From Eledone cirrhosa (lineage: Eukaryota), in the NCBI GenBank assembly GCA_964016885.1, contig OZ024741.1, positions 368,528,001-368,592,000 of the forward strand: DNA of 64,000 nt. The letters are read 5' to 3'. Made by a program: the position numbers and the translations under genes. A model generated the notes under the pieces. It made no database searches. It was not told the DNA's origin and saw nothing but the letters and a program-made list of their open reading frames with translations. Of the stretch, positions 1 through 15,600 are shown one piece after another. The stretch's first letter is position 1. Each line of letters opens with the position of its first letter.

Positions 1-522
1 GCAATTCGAAGGAATTATACATCTGTTGTGAGACTACTGCTGGCAGCTGGTAGCCAACATGATATATATAACCATCAAGGAGAGACAGCTGCATACGATG
101 CAGTGATATCTAATAAAATTGAAATCATTCAAATGATGATTGAACACAACTGTGACCTTGAAGTACCTGGGAAATATTATTCTGATGGAATTTACAAGTC
201 TTTATTTCAGATTGCTGCAGAGAAGGGTAATTTTGAAATGTGTCGTCTTTTAGCACGATTTGGTTACCTTGATTTCAGTGCCAGGATGTATTTTTACACA
301 AATTACTTTCCTACACGAATCAATGACACAGAGGCTGTAGTACAGTGGCTACGTAAAAAATTGCAAACTGTCACATCTCTACAAGTGTTATGTCGTAAAT
401 GTATTCGCAAACGCCTTGGCCACAAGATAGTCCAAAATGCAGAAGATCTTCCAGTTCCTCGAGCTCTCAAAGATTATGTCATAATCAAAGAAATGCATGA
501 ACAAATGATGAGTACATGCTGA
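1..522 (+). CDS. 3' coding part (terminal exon, 5'-truncated by window) of an ankyrin repeat and SOCS box protein (ASB-like)
   Basis: Frame open from nt 1 ([17 protein letters not shown]...GETAAYDAV...[21 protein letters not shown] = ankyrin repeats). C-terminal SOCS box [15 protein letters not shown]...[13 protein letters not shown]; TGA at 520-522. Confidence 0.9.
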   Translation, partial: AIRRNYTSVVRLLLAAGSQHDIYNHQGETAAYDAVISNKIEIIQMMIEHNCDLEVPGKYYSDGIYKSLFQIAAEKGNFEMCRLLARFGYLDFSARMYFYTNYFPTRINDTEAVVQWLRKKLQTVTSLQVLCRKCIRKRLGHKIVQNAEDLPVPRALKDYVIIKEMHEQMMSTC

Positions 523-574
523 AAGTCATGCTGTAGATGTTAAGCATCAGTTAACCAATGAAATACAATACTTT

Positions 575-1535
<961 letters not shown>

Positions 1536-2449
1536 TATTTCCATATATGCATAAATGACAGAGTTTTCATGCAAACATTGCAGGTGTATCAACAAAGAAC
1601 TCTTCTCATTTGTAAAATTCCAGTTTAGACATATAGTCTAAAAAATTTATTTATTGCTGTTAAGTAAACCTTCAAAGTATAAAATTCTGGTTTATTTTGT
1701 TGCTAACCATTCTTACTTTTCTTCATTTCTTTCTCTTTACAAATGTATGCTGTTCAAATTTATTAATTATTGAAAGCATTATCTTCTCAAGACCTTTAAT
1801 GATCCCTTTCATTTATATACAAGTATAGTGATCCTTTCATTACCATATTTCTAAAGAGATACTCTATGTGAATTAATTAATGAAGAATTCAGGGAAATAC
1901 TAGAATTATTAGTTATTTCATTACTAACATATGTTTCTTATATAAAATTATATTGTAAGATTTAAATTTAAATAGGAACTCTTTATAGAATCTGGGTTCG
2001 TTTTGGCCAGGTTTGGATTAAAAGGTTTAATGCAGCTTGATAATATGGAGAAAGGTAATAATTTCCACCTTCAACCACCTTTTTTCCTTTTTTTTAGTTG
2101 GCTGTCTACTACCTATTTAATATCTGGTCACCTCCCCTCTCTTTGTTTTTGTCTTTAATTCCTTAACTTCAGTCTTCCTACACAATACAGATATTTTCAC
2201 TTGCTTATAACATCATATCTTCATGACACACTTGCAATATTATTTGGTTTATTACTGGAATATAAAAACGCTGTGGGAGTAGGATGTCAACTGTTTTAAC
2301 TAACTGTTGTTTATAATGAGGTGTGTCAGTGCAGCATGGCCAAATGGTTAAGAAACTCGCTTCACAATCATTAGATCCTGGGTTTCATTCCACCTTATGG
2401 CATCTTGGGCAAGTTTTAATTACCATAACTTTGGGTCAACTCATGCCTT

Positions 2450-2480
<31 letters not shown>

Positions 2481-5475
2481 GGAATTAGGTAGACAGAAAC
2501 TGTTTGAAGTTTGTCAGATGGACTGTATCTGTAATTCAGAACCAGGGGGTCTATCCCATAATGAGGTTAAAGGTGTAGACATGAATTCAATCTGAGTGTA
2601 GAGGAAGATAATTTTATGGAAATTACTTTAAAATATATTCTTTGCCTTAACAACTGAACTACCACAGTAGAAGTAGTAATACAACAATTGTATAGTTATT
2701 TTAAGATAGTTAGAATGCCTTTAAGTTGCAGGCATCTTTGGTTCATTTAAAATTTGTAGTAAATATTTGTCTGATGCTTAAAGCTATGCAGTGCCACATT
2801 TCGGATAAATTTAGTTGCAATAATGCTTAAATTTTTCCTACAATTTATTTTATCTTCTTTTATACCTGAAATAATCTAACAATGTGAGAATATGCATTTG
2901 ATAAAAGGAGAAAAACATACTTGAAGATATCGAAAAACATTCAGATAGTGACATATATTCTGATACACTAAACAAACGTTATTTACAATTTAAATTTTTT
3001 TCAGATCAATGTAGTCGTTCATACTTCTAGAGTCAATACAATAAGGATTAGTAATATAGACTCCATAGAAGTGAAATGGATAAGTGATATTGGACTATCA
3101 GCTCACATGTGTTCAGTTCTACTACAGATGTTTTGTTGCATATTTGGGCAATACAGCTATTAGGAAAGGGCACACATTTAATTTGGAATGTTACTGGCAA
3201 TAGATAAAATTTTGTTCAAGGACATATATGTCAACCATCTCCTGCTACAAAACTGGAGCTGAACTTAGACAAGAATAAATGCTATAGAAACTAGTTAATA
3301 ACAATGTTTACTGATCTTATAAAGTGCTTATTTCATTGAAAACCATGCATTTTAGTTGCAACTCATCTTGAGTAAATCTATTGTAAAAGGCATTGCATCC
3401 ATCACAACACGTGCTTTTTCTGGACAACTATGTTAGCATAATGTAATTTAAGAAAAGTGTATCTGCTATATCTAACACTGTGAGCAACCAGAAAGGGTCC
3501 CTATCAACAGGGCTGACTAGAAGCCTGTCTTTATTTTTATTTTGCTGGAGGCTTGAAATATCTGAAAGCCTAGGAGCCTAGCCATGGGTTAATATGGCCC
3601 AGCTTATCAATATCTGTAATGTGGAGAGGCAAAATATGCAGGTGGGTAAAGTATTGTTCAATGTGTTAATTTTGAAAGCTGGTGGAAATAATTGAGATCA
3701 TGAAATGTAAACGACTATAAATTAGCATCCTATACTAGGGGAGGTTCTTTAACTTGATCTTAATGAATCAAGAGCTAAGCTTTATGGACTTCATCATTGC
3801 AAATATATACAAATAGCTGTTATTTCCTTCATTCATCACTTTTGATAAATGAACACAGAATGGTTCAAATGGTTAAGAAGTTCATTTACTATCTTTCGAC
3901 CCTGGGTTCAATCCCAATGAGTGGAATCTTGAGCAAGTGATGACCCATGCTTTGAGAGTGAAATTGGGTAGATGGAAACTGTTTGGAAGCCCATCAGATA
4001 GAGAATACCTGTAGTTCAAAGGATCAGCCATGTCTTGCTAAATACACATCTGTTGAATGCTGTTGCATTATTCAAACAACTGGAATATTTATTGTCAAAA
4101 CCAATGGATTTCTATTCCATATATACTAAGACATGTGAGATGAATTCATATGAATTCTTTCCAATGTTAAGCCCCTCTATATCCATGGCTAAAGATATTC
4201 TAGCCATGACTTTTTTGTCTTTTTGAGCATCATGGACTACTTTGTTCAAAGAGGCAGTGAATTAGCAGAGTTGTTAGAACATTGGATAGAATGTTCTACA
4301 GTATTCTTTTAGCTTTCTGCACCCCGAGTTCAACTTTATTTTTCATCCTTTCAAGATCCATAAAGTAGCAGCCCAGTACTGAGGTTGATTCTTCTTCTAT
4401 ATCTCTCTCATTCTTTTTATTTCTTTGAAAGAAATCAGTTATTTTATGACCTGGAGATGGATAAGCTCCACCAGATTTAAAATATCCTTACAACTCTACT
4501 AGAAGATAATGACCCATGCCATGCCATACTGTCCAATAAGTCCTTTATTGATAATAGTAGAGTGTGATTTAAGGGATATTTGGTAGTTACCTGGGTGAAA
4601 TTTACTAAATGAGAAATATTTATCTTCTAGCCTTAACTAAAACATCATGCAATTTCTTAGTTCACAATCGAGAGATTAGCAATATTTCTCATCTAGTAAC
4701 TATCAACCCAATAGCTGCTGTAGACATCTGAATTTGTGGTCAAATCATCAGTGTATTTCACCAGGGGAGAGATATATATACGAAACACTTTTATGATATA
4801 AAGAATTAGCAGTCCATCTCTGCAGTCTAAACATATAGAGATACTAGCAGGGAAAATGGATGTAAAAATAATGATGAATATGAGTTTAATAATCAAAACA
4901 AAAGTAAACAAAGACTATTAATCTATAAGAGTTATTATTTGTAAGCTGTTGTCACTGGTTATATCAATAGAGTTGTACTGTCATCAGTACTGCACTATTT
5001 CTAGCAGACATATTTTTTATCTAAATATCCCCAATCCACCTAATTGTAGGAAGGTGAATCACTTAGTGGTTAGAGTAGTAGACGAACGATGATAATGTCA
5101 TGAATTTGATTCCTTGATTGGGTGGTGCATTGCATTCACATTACACCAGTACTCAGCTGAAAATGAGTACCAGCAATAACTGGGAGTTAACTCTGCTATA
5201 GACAGGTGTCCTGTCCAGGGGAAAGTCTTGTACTCTCAGCTGATGAAACCAAGATAACCACCGGGATTGGGAGAATTTTTTAAAACCTAGTTGTACTCTG
5301 AAATTGGTTAATTTTTTGTTATATTGCATGAGTTAACTCAAGATTCTTTTTATGGTGCTCTAATAAGCAGATATCTAACTATATTACAGAAATGATTTCT
5401 GTCAAGATTTTTTTTTTCAACGAGGACAATATTACTAAAGAAAATTGAAGTGGACAAAATGTCCTACTGTAGTCA

Positions 5476-5710
5476 ATTCAACCAAATACACCTCTCTCCT
5501 ACATCAGAAATCAACTCAACCACACCTCTCCCCTACATCAGAAAATCAATTGAACCACACAAATGCACCTCCCCTACATCAGAAATCAACTGAACCATAC
5601 AAATACACCTCTCCCTTATATCAGAAATCAACTGAACCACACCTCTCCCCTACATCATAAATCAACTCAACCACACAAACACACCTCTCCTCTACATCAG
5701 AAATCAACAT
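5476..5710. repeat. Minisatellite, ~32-41-bp unit CACACCTCTCCCCTACATCAGAAATCAACTGAAC(CACACAAA), ~6 copies
   Basis: Visible tandem repetition. Confidence 0.85.
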
Positions 5711-5829
5711 CACTAAAGAACATTTACTTTTATGTATTCATGCAGATTTCCTAATAAATAGGGCTAGAGCTTAAAAATAAAAACAATTTAAAAGACCTAT
5801 ATTGGACAGATTGTCACATTCTGAGTCTA

Positions 5830-6140
5830 ATGACCATGTCTTGCTCATAGGTTCCATTTTGGCATGGTTTCTATGGCTGAATGAATGCCCTTCTAATGTC
5901 AACAAATTTAATGTTTATTGGGTGCATTTTATCATGGCACCAGCATTACCACTTTAGTGTGTACTGGGTACATTTTATCATGGCCCCAGCATTACCACTT
6001 TAGTGCATACCGGGTGCATTTTATTATGGCACCAGTACTACCACTTTAGTGCATACTGAGTGTATTTTATCATGGCACCAGCACTACCACTTTAGTGTGT
6101 ACTGGGTATTTTATCATGGCACCAGCATTACCACTTTATA
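5830..6140 (-). mobile_element. SINE/RTE-3'UTR-type repeat with ~5 tandem 45-bp units (CTGGGTGCATTTTATCATGGCACCAGCATTACCACTTTAGTGTGTA)
   Basis: Same family core (GGTTTCTAxGGCTG..ATGCCCTTC.TAATG) as many other copies in the window. Confidence 0.75.
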
Positions 6141-6543
6141 ACATGCGCAATAACTGAAAAAAAAAAGCTTTGAACACAGAGAGATCATGTAATCCATAGT
6201 TCAACACATTTAAAGCATTGTGCTTATTTCTTCCAAATATTAATTTCTTCTAGTTTTAAATTCTTGTAACCACACAATCAACTAACACTGATAGTCATTA
6301 TCAGCCAAGCAAATGAAAGTAAACAGAAAATATGTATTGCTTAGAGGTACAATAAAGCAACACAGTTTACACACTCATAAATAGTTGATAGTTCACTATC
6401 TTAATTACAGCAACTGTCTCTCTTGCAGATAAACATTTTCAGAGAAATTTGTAAAACAAATAAAAAAAAAATTCACTGGAAGTATTTTTATAAATAGAAA
6501 AAATATACAAATATGAAACAAAAGAAGGTTTGAGGCTGAATAG

Positions 6544-6572
6544 TTTATTTATTGCCTGTTTTCTTGTTTATT
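6544..6572 (-). promoter_or_regulatory. Candidate polyadenylation signals (AATAAA on - strand) for PSMD11
   Basis: TTTATT at 6544, 6548 and 6567, about 200 nt after the stop codon. AT-rich context makes this weak. Confidence 0.4.
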
Positions 6573-6678
6573 ATTTTTTTTTTCATAATTAAATATTATA
6601 ACAGTAGAATAATTTGAAAAAGCAACATTACACAAAATTCTAGACACAAATGAAAAGTTAATTACATGTTATGGATTT

Positions 6679-6728
<50 letters not shown>

Positions 6729-6769
6729 AAAAAAAAAATTAAAAAGATGTTCAAAATTGAAAATTAGTT

Positions 6770-6912
6770 TTAATTGAGTTTCTTTGCTTTTTCGTAAAGT
6801 GCATCTACTACATGACCCATATTTTGGATAGTTTCCAGAGCACTGCCATAGGTCTGATCCACAGGAGTCTCATCAAAAACTATTAGAACACCTTCTCCCT
6901 GATCCAAAATTC
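6770..6912 (-). CDS. PSMD11: PSMD11 exon 13 ([46 protein letters not shown])
   Basis: tacag acceptor; TAA stop at 6772-6770. Confidence 0.97.
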
Positions 6913-9900
6913 CTGTAATTAATAAACAATAAGTTTTTATTTGTGAAAAACATTAAGTATTTAGTTTTTTATACTGTTTCAGTCATATAATTCAAACAGG
7001 CTTCATGGAATGATATTTACTCTATGTAGGACGAGTGATATCAAATATTGTGTTACATAGACACCCAATAACTAAATTTAAAGTAGAAGGAAAGGAAATT
7101 ATATGATGTTTAATGGTTACACAAAGTTGATGGGGAGTTTACCTCTAATTAACATTACATACCTGACTCAACCACAATGGAAGGAGAATGACATAACTAG
7201 GATGTTCATGTCTTTCTCAAGAGCATTAGTGGCATAGAAGTGAATTGGCAATAACTACTCAGTTAATAGACAACAATCTGTAACATCACAACTGGGTAGT
7301 GTCATCACTAGATATAACTCAGTTAATAGACAACATGTAACATCACAACTGGGTAGTGTCATCACTAGATATAACTCAGTTAATAGACAACATGTAACAT
7401 CACAACTGGGTAGTGTCATCACTAGATATAACTCAGTTTATAGACAACAATCTGTAACATCACAACTGGGTAGTGTCATCACTAGATATAACAGTTAATA
7501 GACAACAATCTGTAACATCTGGGTAGTGTCATCACTAGATATAACTCAGTTAATAGACATGTAACATCACAACTGGGTAGTGTCATCACTAGATATAACT
7601 CAGTTAATAGACATGTAACATCACAACTGGGTAGTGTCATCACTAGATATAACTCAGTTAATAGACAACATGTAACATCACAACTAGGTAGTGTCATCAC
7701 TAGATATAACTCAGTTAATAGACATGTAACATCACAACTGGGTAGTGTCATCACTAGATATAACTCAGTTTATAGACAACAATCTGTAACATCACAACTG
7801 GGTAGTGTCATCACTAGATATAACTCAATTAATAGACAACAAGTTGTAAAATCACAACTGGGTAGTGTCATCACTAGATATAACAGTTAATAGACAACAT
7901 GTAACATCACAACTGGGTAGTGTCATCACTAGATATAACTCAGTTAATAGATAACATGTAACATCACAACTAGGTAGTGTCATCACTAGATATAACTCAG
8001 TTAATAGACAACATGTAACATCACAACTGGGTAGTGTCATCACTAGATATAACTCAGTTTATAGACAACAATCTGTAACATCACAACTGGGTAGTGTCAT
8101 CACTCGATATAACTCAGTTACTAGACATGTTACATCACAACTGGGTAGTGTCATCACTAGATATAACTCAGTTAATAGAAAATATGTAACATCACAACTG
8201 GGTAGTGTCATCACTAGATATAACTCAGTTAATAGAAAACATGTAACATCACAACTGGGTAGTGTCATCACTAGATATAACTCAGTTAATAGACAACATG
8301 TAACATCACAACTGGGTAGTGTCATCACTAGATATAACTCAATTAATAGACAACAATATGTAACATCACAACTGGGTTGTGTCATCACTAGATATAACTC
8401 AGTTAATAGACAACATGTAACATCACAACTGGGTTGTGTCATCACTAGATATAACTCAATTAATAGACAACAATATGTAACATCACAACTGGGTAGTGTC
8501 ATCACTAGATATAACTCAGTTAATAGACAACAATCTGTAACATCACAACTGGGTAGTGTCATCACTAGATATAACTCAGTTAATAGACAACATGTAACAT
8601 CACAACTGGGTAGTGTCATCACTCGATATAACTCAGTTAATAGAAAACATGTAACATCACAACTGGGTAGTGTCATCACTAGATATAACTCAGTTAATAG
8701 ACAACATGTAACATCACAACTGGGTAGTGTCATCACTAGATATAACTCAATTAATAGACAGCAATCTGTAACATCACAACTGGGTTGTGTCATCACTAGA
8801 TATAACTCAGTTAATAGACAACAATCTGTAAAATCACAACTGGGTAGTGTCATCACTAGATATAACTCAGTTAATAGAAAACATGTAACATCACAACTGG
8901 GTAGTGTCATCACTAGATATAACTCAGTTAATAGACAATTAATAGAAGTTCAATGTTGCAATTTGAATTGATGTGGTAGAATCTCAAACTGACACGAGAT
9001 TCAAAACCTCTTGACCATGTGGACTGTGCCTCAGAAACGTATAGTAGAGCAATTTGTATTCCATTCAGAATATGTTTTCATGCTAAAAGCACTGCTCCAT
9101 TGAAACCACTACAAAGCAGTCAAAACATATGCTAATATGAAGCATTAAATATTTTGAGTTTTTTAAATTTTTATTTTGTGTGTGGATACATATATAAACA
9201 AGTATAAATTAATAAATGAATTAAGTTTTTAATGAAATTCTGTTTTAATGAGCTTTTGTTTCAGATTACTAAAATATTAAGCAAAATCATTTAACAAAAA
9301 TATAATTAGTAAAGGGTGGGAAAAATTTGTGGAAGAATCAAGAGATAAACCATTAAATTTCAACCCTCCACTATCTCAGCCAGATCTGCCAAAATCTAAA
9401 ACATATCAGATACTGAGCAATGTTAATGGACCATACACTACTGAACTATATTTTATCATCAACAGGTCATAGAAAATCACCTCTATGTTCTTGTGGAGAC
9501 TGTCCAGAAACTCTAAGGCACTATTTGTTCTAATACGGAAACTACCATCTTGAAGCTGATCATTAAAAAAACTATCAAGATTGGAGATACAATGTACAGT
9601 CAAAGATCTACCAATTGTAAACAAGATCTTTCAGTACATGGAGGTTATAAAAAGATTCAACAACAGAAACTTTCAGCTGCTTTAGAGCTGCCCTTGTTTT
9701 TCACTTTTTTATAAATCTTATGCTTCTTTTGCCTCCAGTTTCTTAACTGTAAGGGGTATTAGATACCTCCCCTAGTCTGTCATGGCTTGCTAGCTCTATA
9801 TGGACGTTTAAATTGAATAAATAAGTAAATAAATAAATAAGATGATTTGGGTGTTAAGTAGATTTGAATATTTATATATGAATTGTTAAAAATACTGTGC

Positions 9901-12662
9901 AGTAAGACTGGTCATATTTTTTCTATAATGTTGACTAATTTAATATAATTTAACCTTTTGTGACCATATTTCTTATGAAATACACTGCTTATGTGTTTCA
10001 ATTAATTTCGTAAATCAAGAATTTGGAGGGATTTAGTAAAATAACTAACACTTTCCAGTGACAAGAGTGGTGAATTGGCAAAGTTGTTAGAATGCTTAAA
10101 AGTATTTGTTCCAGTTCTTTATGTTCTCAGTTTAAATCCCACCAAAGTCAACTTTGCCTTTCATGCTTAGGAGCCAATAAAATGAAGTACCAGTTAAGTA
10201 CTGAGGTTGATATAATCAGCTTTCCCTTTCCCTCAAATATCTGGCCTTGTACCAATGTCAAAATTATTAGGCCAGTATTTGAAATGTAATTAACAAAAGG
10301 TTCTGGCAAAATTACGATGGAAGGTATATTTTAAATAAGAACTTTTTAGAACAAGAGGTTTTGAAACATGGAACCAGAGGCAGTCATAAGCAAATTGATA
10401 TCAAAAGGGTTAAATACATTATTTTTGGAATAATTCGAGCAATATTAATCATTATCACCATCATCAAAATCACAAATATTGCCAGGAGCCTGCAATCCAT
10501 CTCATGAAATATTTGTTTTTGTACACTAGCAGAAGTTGAGTAGATTTATAATTAATAGCGTTCCTTTATTTGTCCCTATCCAACATAATTTCACCTATGA
10601 CACTTGACTTAAAGTGGAAATGTAACTATTACATTCTAAATCATATTCGCTTGATTACTGCCTTGGTACCTCCAACTATCAGCCTGCAGTAGGTTTCATT
10701 CAATGCACAGTGTCATGCAAATTAATCGATAATAAGCTTAATTACTTTGTAATGATTAATAATTTCCTGTTGTTTCCTCAACTCATATTTATACTTTACA
10801 AAGAACCTTGCTTACTCATTCTTAGTACCTCATCTATCATAAAGAACATCTCTCAGAGGTATGCAATATATAAAAAAGTCAGTGATAAAAAAAAAAAATC
10901 CACATCAAAAGGGTTAATTTCTTCTACCCTCTACATAGATCAAGATGCTTATAGGCTCTAAGGCTCTACCAACCATACTAGTTTAACTCTTTAGCATTTA
11001 AACCAGCCATATATGGCTAGAATTCTCTCACCTCTGTCTGTTCAAACCGGCTGTAACTGGCCACTCATACCAACGTTAAGGTATTTTTCTCAAAATAAAT
11101 ATCAAAATCTCATAGATATGATATATGAGGTAAAGCCTTTACCATGAAAATATAATAGTATATATAGAGTAATGTAAATGCTAAAGGTTTAATCTAAATG
11201 TTAGATAAATTATAGGTTTTTAAGCATACAGCTATGCAAATACTGTATAAAGGAACATCGTAATAATATATTGTATATCCTGTAATGTTTGTGCCTCTAA
11301 TATTAATTTTTAAGAAAAATTTCCATGGGCCTATAGATTTCACTGCCCCAAATGCTATGTCTATTGTGTATAATATATGCTCTCTGACATTACCCTTGAA
11401 TCATATCCATTTTATCAGATATTCCATAATCTAGATGAAACCCATTCTTTTGCAGTCAGCATGGATTATTTGTGCTCATTGGCATTGTTCTAGTCTTACT
11501 GAACAATCTCACATGTCTAATACATAAACCATACTTTCTTTCAAGTTCTGCAGGATTATATTTATTTACCATACAACAGCACATTTTTTACATATTCACA
11601 ATAGGCAGTGTCTGAAGCCTATAAATATTTGTAGGCAATGAAATCTATGGATCCATGAAAATATTCCTTAAAAATTATTATTAGAGGCACAAACATTAAA
11701 GATATTAGATATATTATTCTTTTTAATAAATCCTATCATTATATGAAAAGTGGAAAAATATATATATCAAAGTAGTTACCATGAAGTTTTCGGTCCAAAA
11801 TCATCTTTGACAGATTCTTCTCAACTTCATCCTACAAAAAACAAAACAAAAAAGATAGAACCTTAAATTTTATAAATCAAGAATGTAAAAATACTTTATG
11901 CGTAAATACAAATCAAGATGTTTCCTCTTGAAAATTGCCTCAAAAAAAAGAAGACATATTTGAATCCTTACAAAAGTTTTTCATATTTTCTAAGGAAAAT
12001 GAAAATGAAATGAAATTTACAGCTCACACCTATTGTAGGTTTAGCTAGCTAGCTATGCAGTTGTATTTCATAGGAGGTTTCTTGTGTTGTCAAAATAGGG
12101 GAGCCAGTCCTATCATAAAAAGCAACATGAAATGAAACATCTTGCTCAAAAGCACAATGTGTCATGAGGTTCAGGAATATAAGCCAAGATCATGAGTCCA
12201 ACACCTTAAGCCACATGCCTTCCTATTTTGTAACAACTTGAATATAAAGCAATTCTTCTGTTTTAAGGTATCCCCTTTTCCTTAACCTCCTACCCACCAA
12301 AAAATTTACACTTCTATTCAAGCAAATCTCATAGTAAGATGTAAATTAAAACCAAATCTTACAGTTCAATATACAAAAATAATGTATACTAACCTGTGGC
12401 AATTCGATAATTTCTGCTATACGCTTTATCTGAAGGAAATAAAAAGAATAAAAGAGTGAAATTCTGGAAGTATCTTACAGAGAAAAAGATGGCTTGAGAC
12501 ATTATTATGGTTATATAGTTAGTATATACATATGTTATTATACCTATTACGAGTTACTTTTTGAAGTAATGTTCTATGGCAAGATGCCCCTCTTGATGCC
12601 AACTCTTTTAATTGCCTCTAATGACACACATAGATGCAATATACCTATTCTAAACCCGATAC

Positions 12663-12695
<33 letters not shown>

Positions 12696-15600
12696 CACAC
12701 ACAATCAATCTATTCTGTCTGAAACCATTTTGATTAATTCTGAGTTTTAGATCTAGCTGTGGTAGAATTCTGTTGAAGATTTTAGCTGCAATCACTGACA
12801 AAGTAATTCCTCAGTAATTTGCTGTTTTAAGTGAAGGTTGTGTAGAACCATTCAGTTTTTGGAATTGTTGACAGTACAGAATTGTTGCAAATGTTTGCCA
12901 CAAAGACTGAACAACAGACCTCATGTTTTAGTTATCATGGAGCTTGATCTCTCCAGTTTTACTGCCCCCTTGGTTGCAGTAGCACACTTCTCAGTAGACA
13001 GCAATCAGAGTAAGAGGGTTTTGATTGTTTTAGTTTCCTTCTCATATACACATATGCAGATACGCATGTTGGATGTCCTTTCTAATGCCGTCCATTCTAC
13101 AGAGTATACTTTCATATATTTGTTTTTGCCACGCCCTTCACAAAATGAAAGAAAAGCTTACGCCTTTAACCTTTTCTCAACTATATTTCTAATGAAAGAT
13201 ACTGCCTATGGTTTTCAAATCATTTTGAAAAGTTTTTGGAGGTGTTTCAAACATTACTTAAATTATGAAGGAAGCTTTTTAAATAAACACTTTAAAATAA
13301 GGGGACAATAAATGGATTTATGCAGATTGTTATGACTAATATCTAATACTAGTTTTTAATAAAACTGCCCTACTATGTGTTTCTGTTTTTATATTTAGAC
13401 AAGTCTAAAAACAGGTGTTGTTTATGTTATGACACTAAAGATCAATAACTGGAGTCAAAATTATTGAATAAAACCCTCAAAAGGGGTGTCCCACCATAGT
13501 TGTGGTCCAAAATAATAAAATAATACTGATCCAAACATAGTATGCTATAAGTTTTTGAAGTTCAGGACCCAAAATGTTATTTATGGCAAAATTACTAGCA
13601 AAATAACTGAGACCAAAATTTTTTCATCTTTTATACACTTAGCAATTCCTCAATTCATTTTAAGTTGAGCAATGAAAACAGCTCTTTTCAGCAACAGTTA
13701 GACAACTTAACTAAAACATAAATTTGCAGAAAAAGGAGTTCAATATAAAAATCAATTGAAGTATGCAAGGTGCTCCAGCCACAATTGCATAGATTCAACG
13801 CTAAAGGAAAACATTTTTTTTTTCAAATTTAAAAAAATGAATATAGCAACATACCTGGACCCTGGAAAATGGCTCTATAATTCTGCAAAGGTTTTGCTCC
13901 AGTAGGTTGCTGTAGAGAGTGCGAAAATGTACTTTTACTATGGGATCCTTGCCAAGTTCTTCTTTGTAGTCTTTTAGAGTCTGCAAGAAAACATTAGTTA
14001 TATGAATAATAAAACAGACATTAAGAAAATAGAAGACAAAATCATTATCATCATCATTTTATGTCTATTTTCCACACTAGCATGGGTTGGACAGGTTGTC
14101 AAGGTCCAAAGTGACCTCATCTTGCTCATACATTCCATATTTGGCATGGTTTCTATGGGTAGATGCCTTTTCTAATGCTAACCTCTTTATAGGGTGTATT
14201 AGATGCATTTTTTTTGTCACCACTACTCCCACTTTATAGTGTGTACTGGGTATGATACATTGTGGCACTAGTACTAGAGAAATTGTCACATGCTTGTCTA
14301 GACTGAAGACATCTCTCAAACCCTCTAGTATTTTTGTTTGATTGCCAACACTGTAACCTCCAGTTTCTCACCATGATTATTTTCAAATCATACAGATAGC
14401 ATTTCATATTAATTTATTCAGTTAGTAATTTACTATGATGTATACAGAGATTATCAGCTATCATCATTTGATATTCATTCCCTTCAGAGACCCACTTCAG
14501 TTTGCTAAGAGGCCTGAGTCATAGGGGTGCTTAAGCCTAATGGAACCCATCCCACTGAGCTAATTAGAGAAAGAAATATTTTTGATATTCAAATGAGTTA
14601 AAATTCTTTAAAACAAACATGTCTTTTTAATGGCAATTTGCTTAGGAAAAAAAAAAGGTTAAACCAAAATGAAAGAGAGTTTGAAAATCTAACTCACTAT
14701 AGAGAAATATTCTTTTTTTAAAGAGAAAAATGTAAAAATTGATGCAACAAAATGGAAACGCCAATATTAAGAGAAAACTTTATTTAGGAAGTAATAATAA
14801 TGGTTTCTAATTTAGGCATAAGGCCAGCAGTTTAGGAGGGTGAGGGAAGTCAACTACATCTATAATATTAAACAATCCCGGAAGGATGAAAGGCAAAGAT
14901 GACCTCAGTGGAATTTGAACTCAGAAAGTAAAAAGGTGTAACTAAATGCTGCGAAGTATTTAGTTACAGCTTTTTACATTCTGAGTTCAAATTCCATTGT
15001 CCTTAATTAGGAAGTAATAATACAAAACAATCTTACCTCATTGAATTTAGCTAAAGATCTCTCTTTGCTTGCTCCAGCTATATTTTTCATAGCATCAATA
15101 TTTCGGCTATTTTCAGCTATTTCAGCTTTTTTCCCATTGACAATTGTTTGCACTTCATCAGCTCTGATAAATAAATAATTTTTAAATAAAGATCCCCACA
15201 TAAGAATTGTTTAAAAATACACAGAATTCAACAAGATTTTTTACTTAACTCTATGTAGCTGAATTACAAGTAGTAATCTAAATTCAAAGTACAGTTGTTC
15301 TAAATAGAAAGAGTATTCTGCAGTAAAATATTATACAAATTTACATTTGACCAATTCCTTGTGAGTGGAATTTGCTAGACAAAAACTGTATTGGAGCCTG
15401 TTACACGTGTTGAGCAGGGTAAACCAGTGTTGTAACTCTTAGCAATTCAATCAGTATTGCAGTTGATATGATAGGCAAAAACTTTGACAGTTGTATCCTA
15501 GCAATAACTAAAATAAAATAATATTTACCCCTGATAAAAAAAAATTGAAATGCTTGTAAATTTTTCTTTTTTTTCAAAATATGCAAAATTCACTATAAAA

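Noticed and set aside
7257-8938. CRISPR-like array
   Set aside because: No unique spacers (units are contiguous near-identical repeats), eukaryotic intron, no cas genes.
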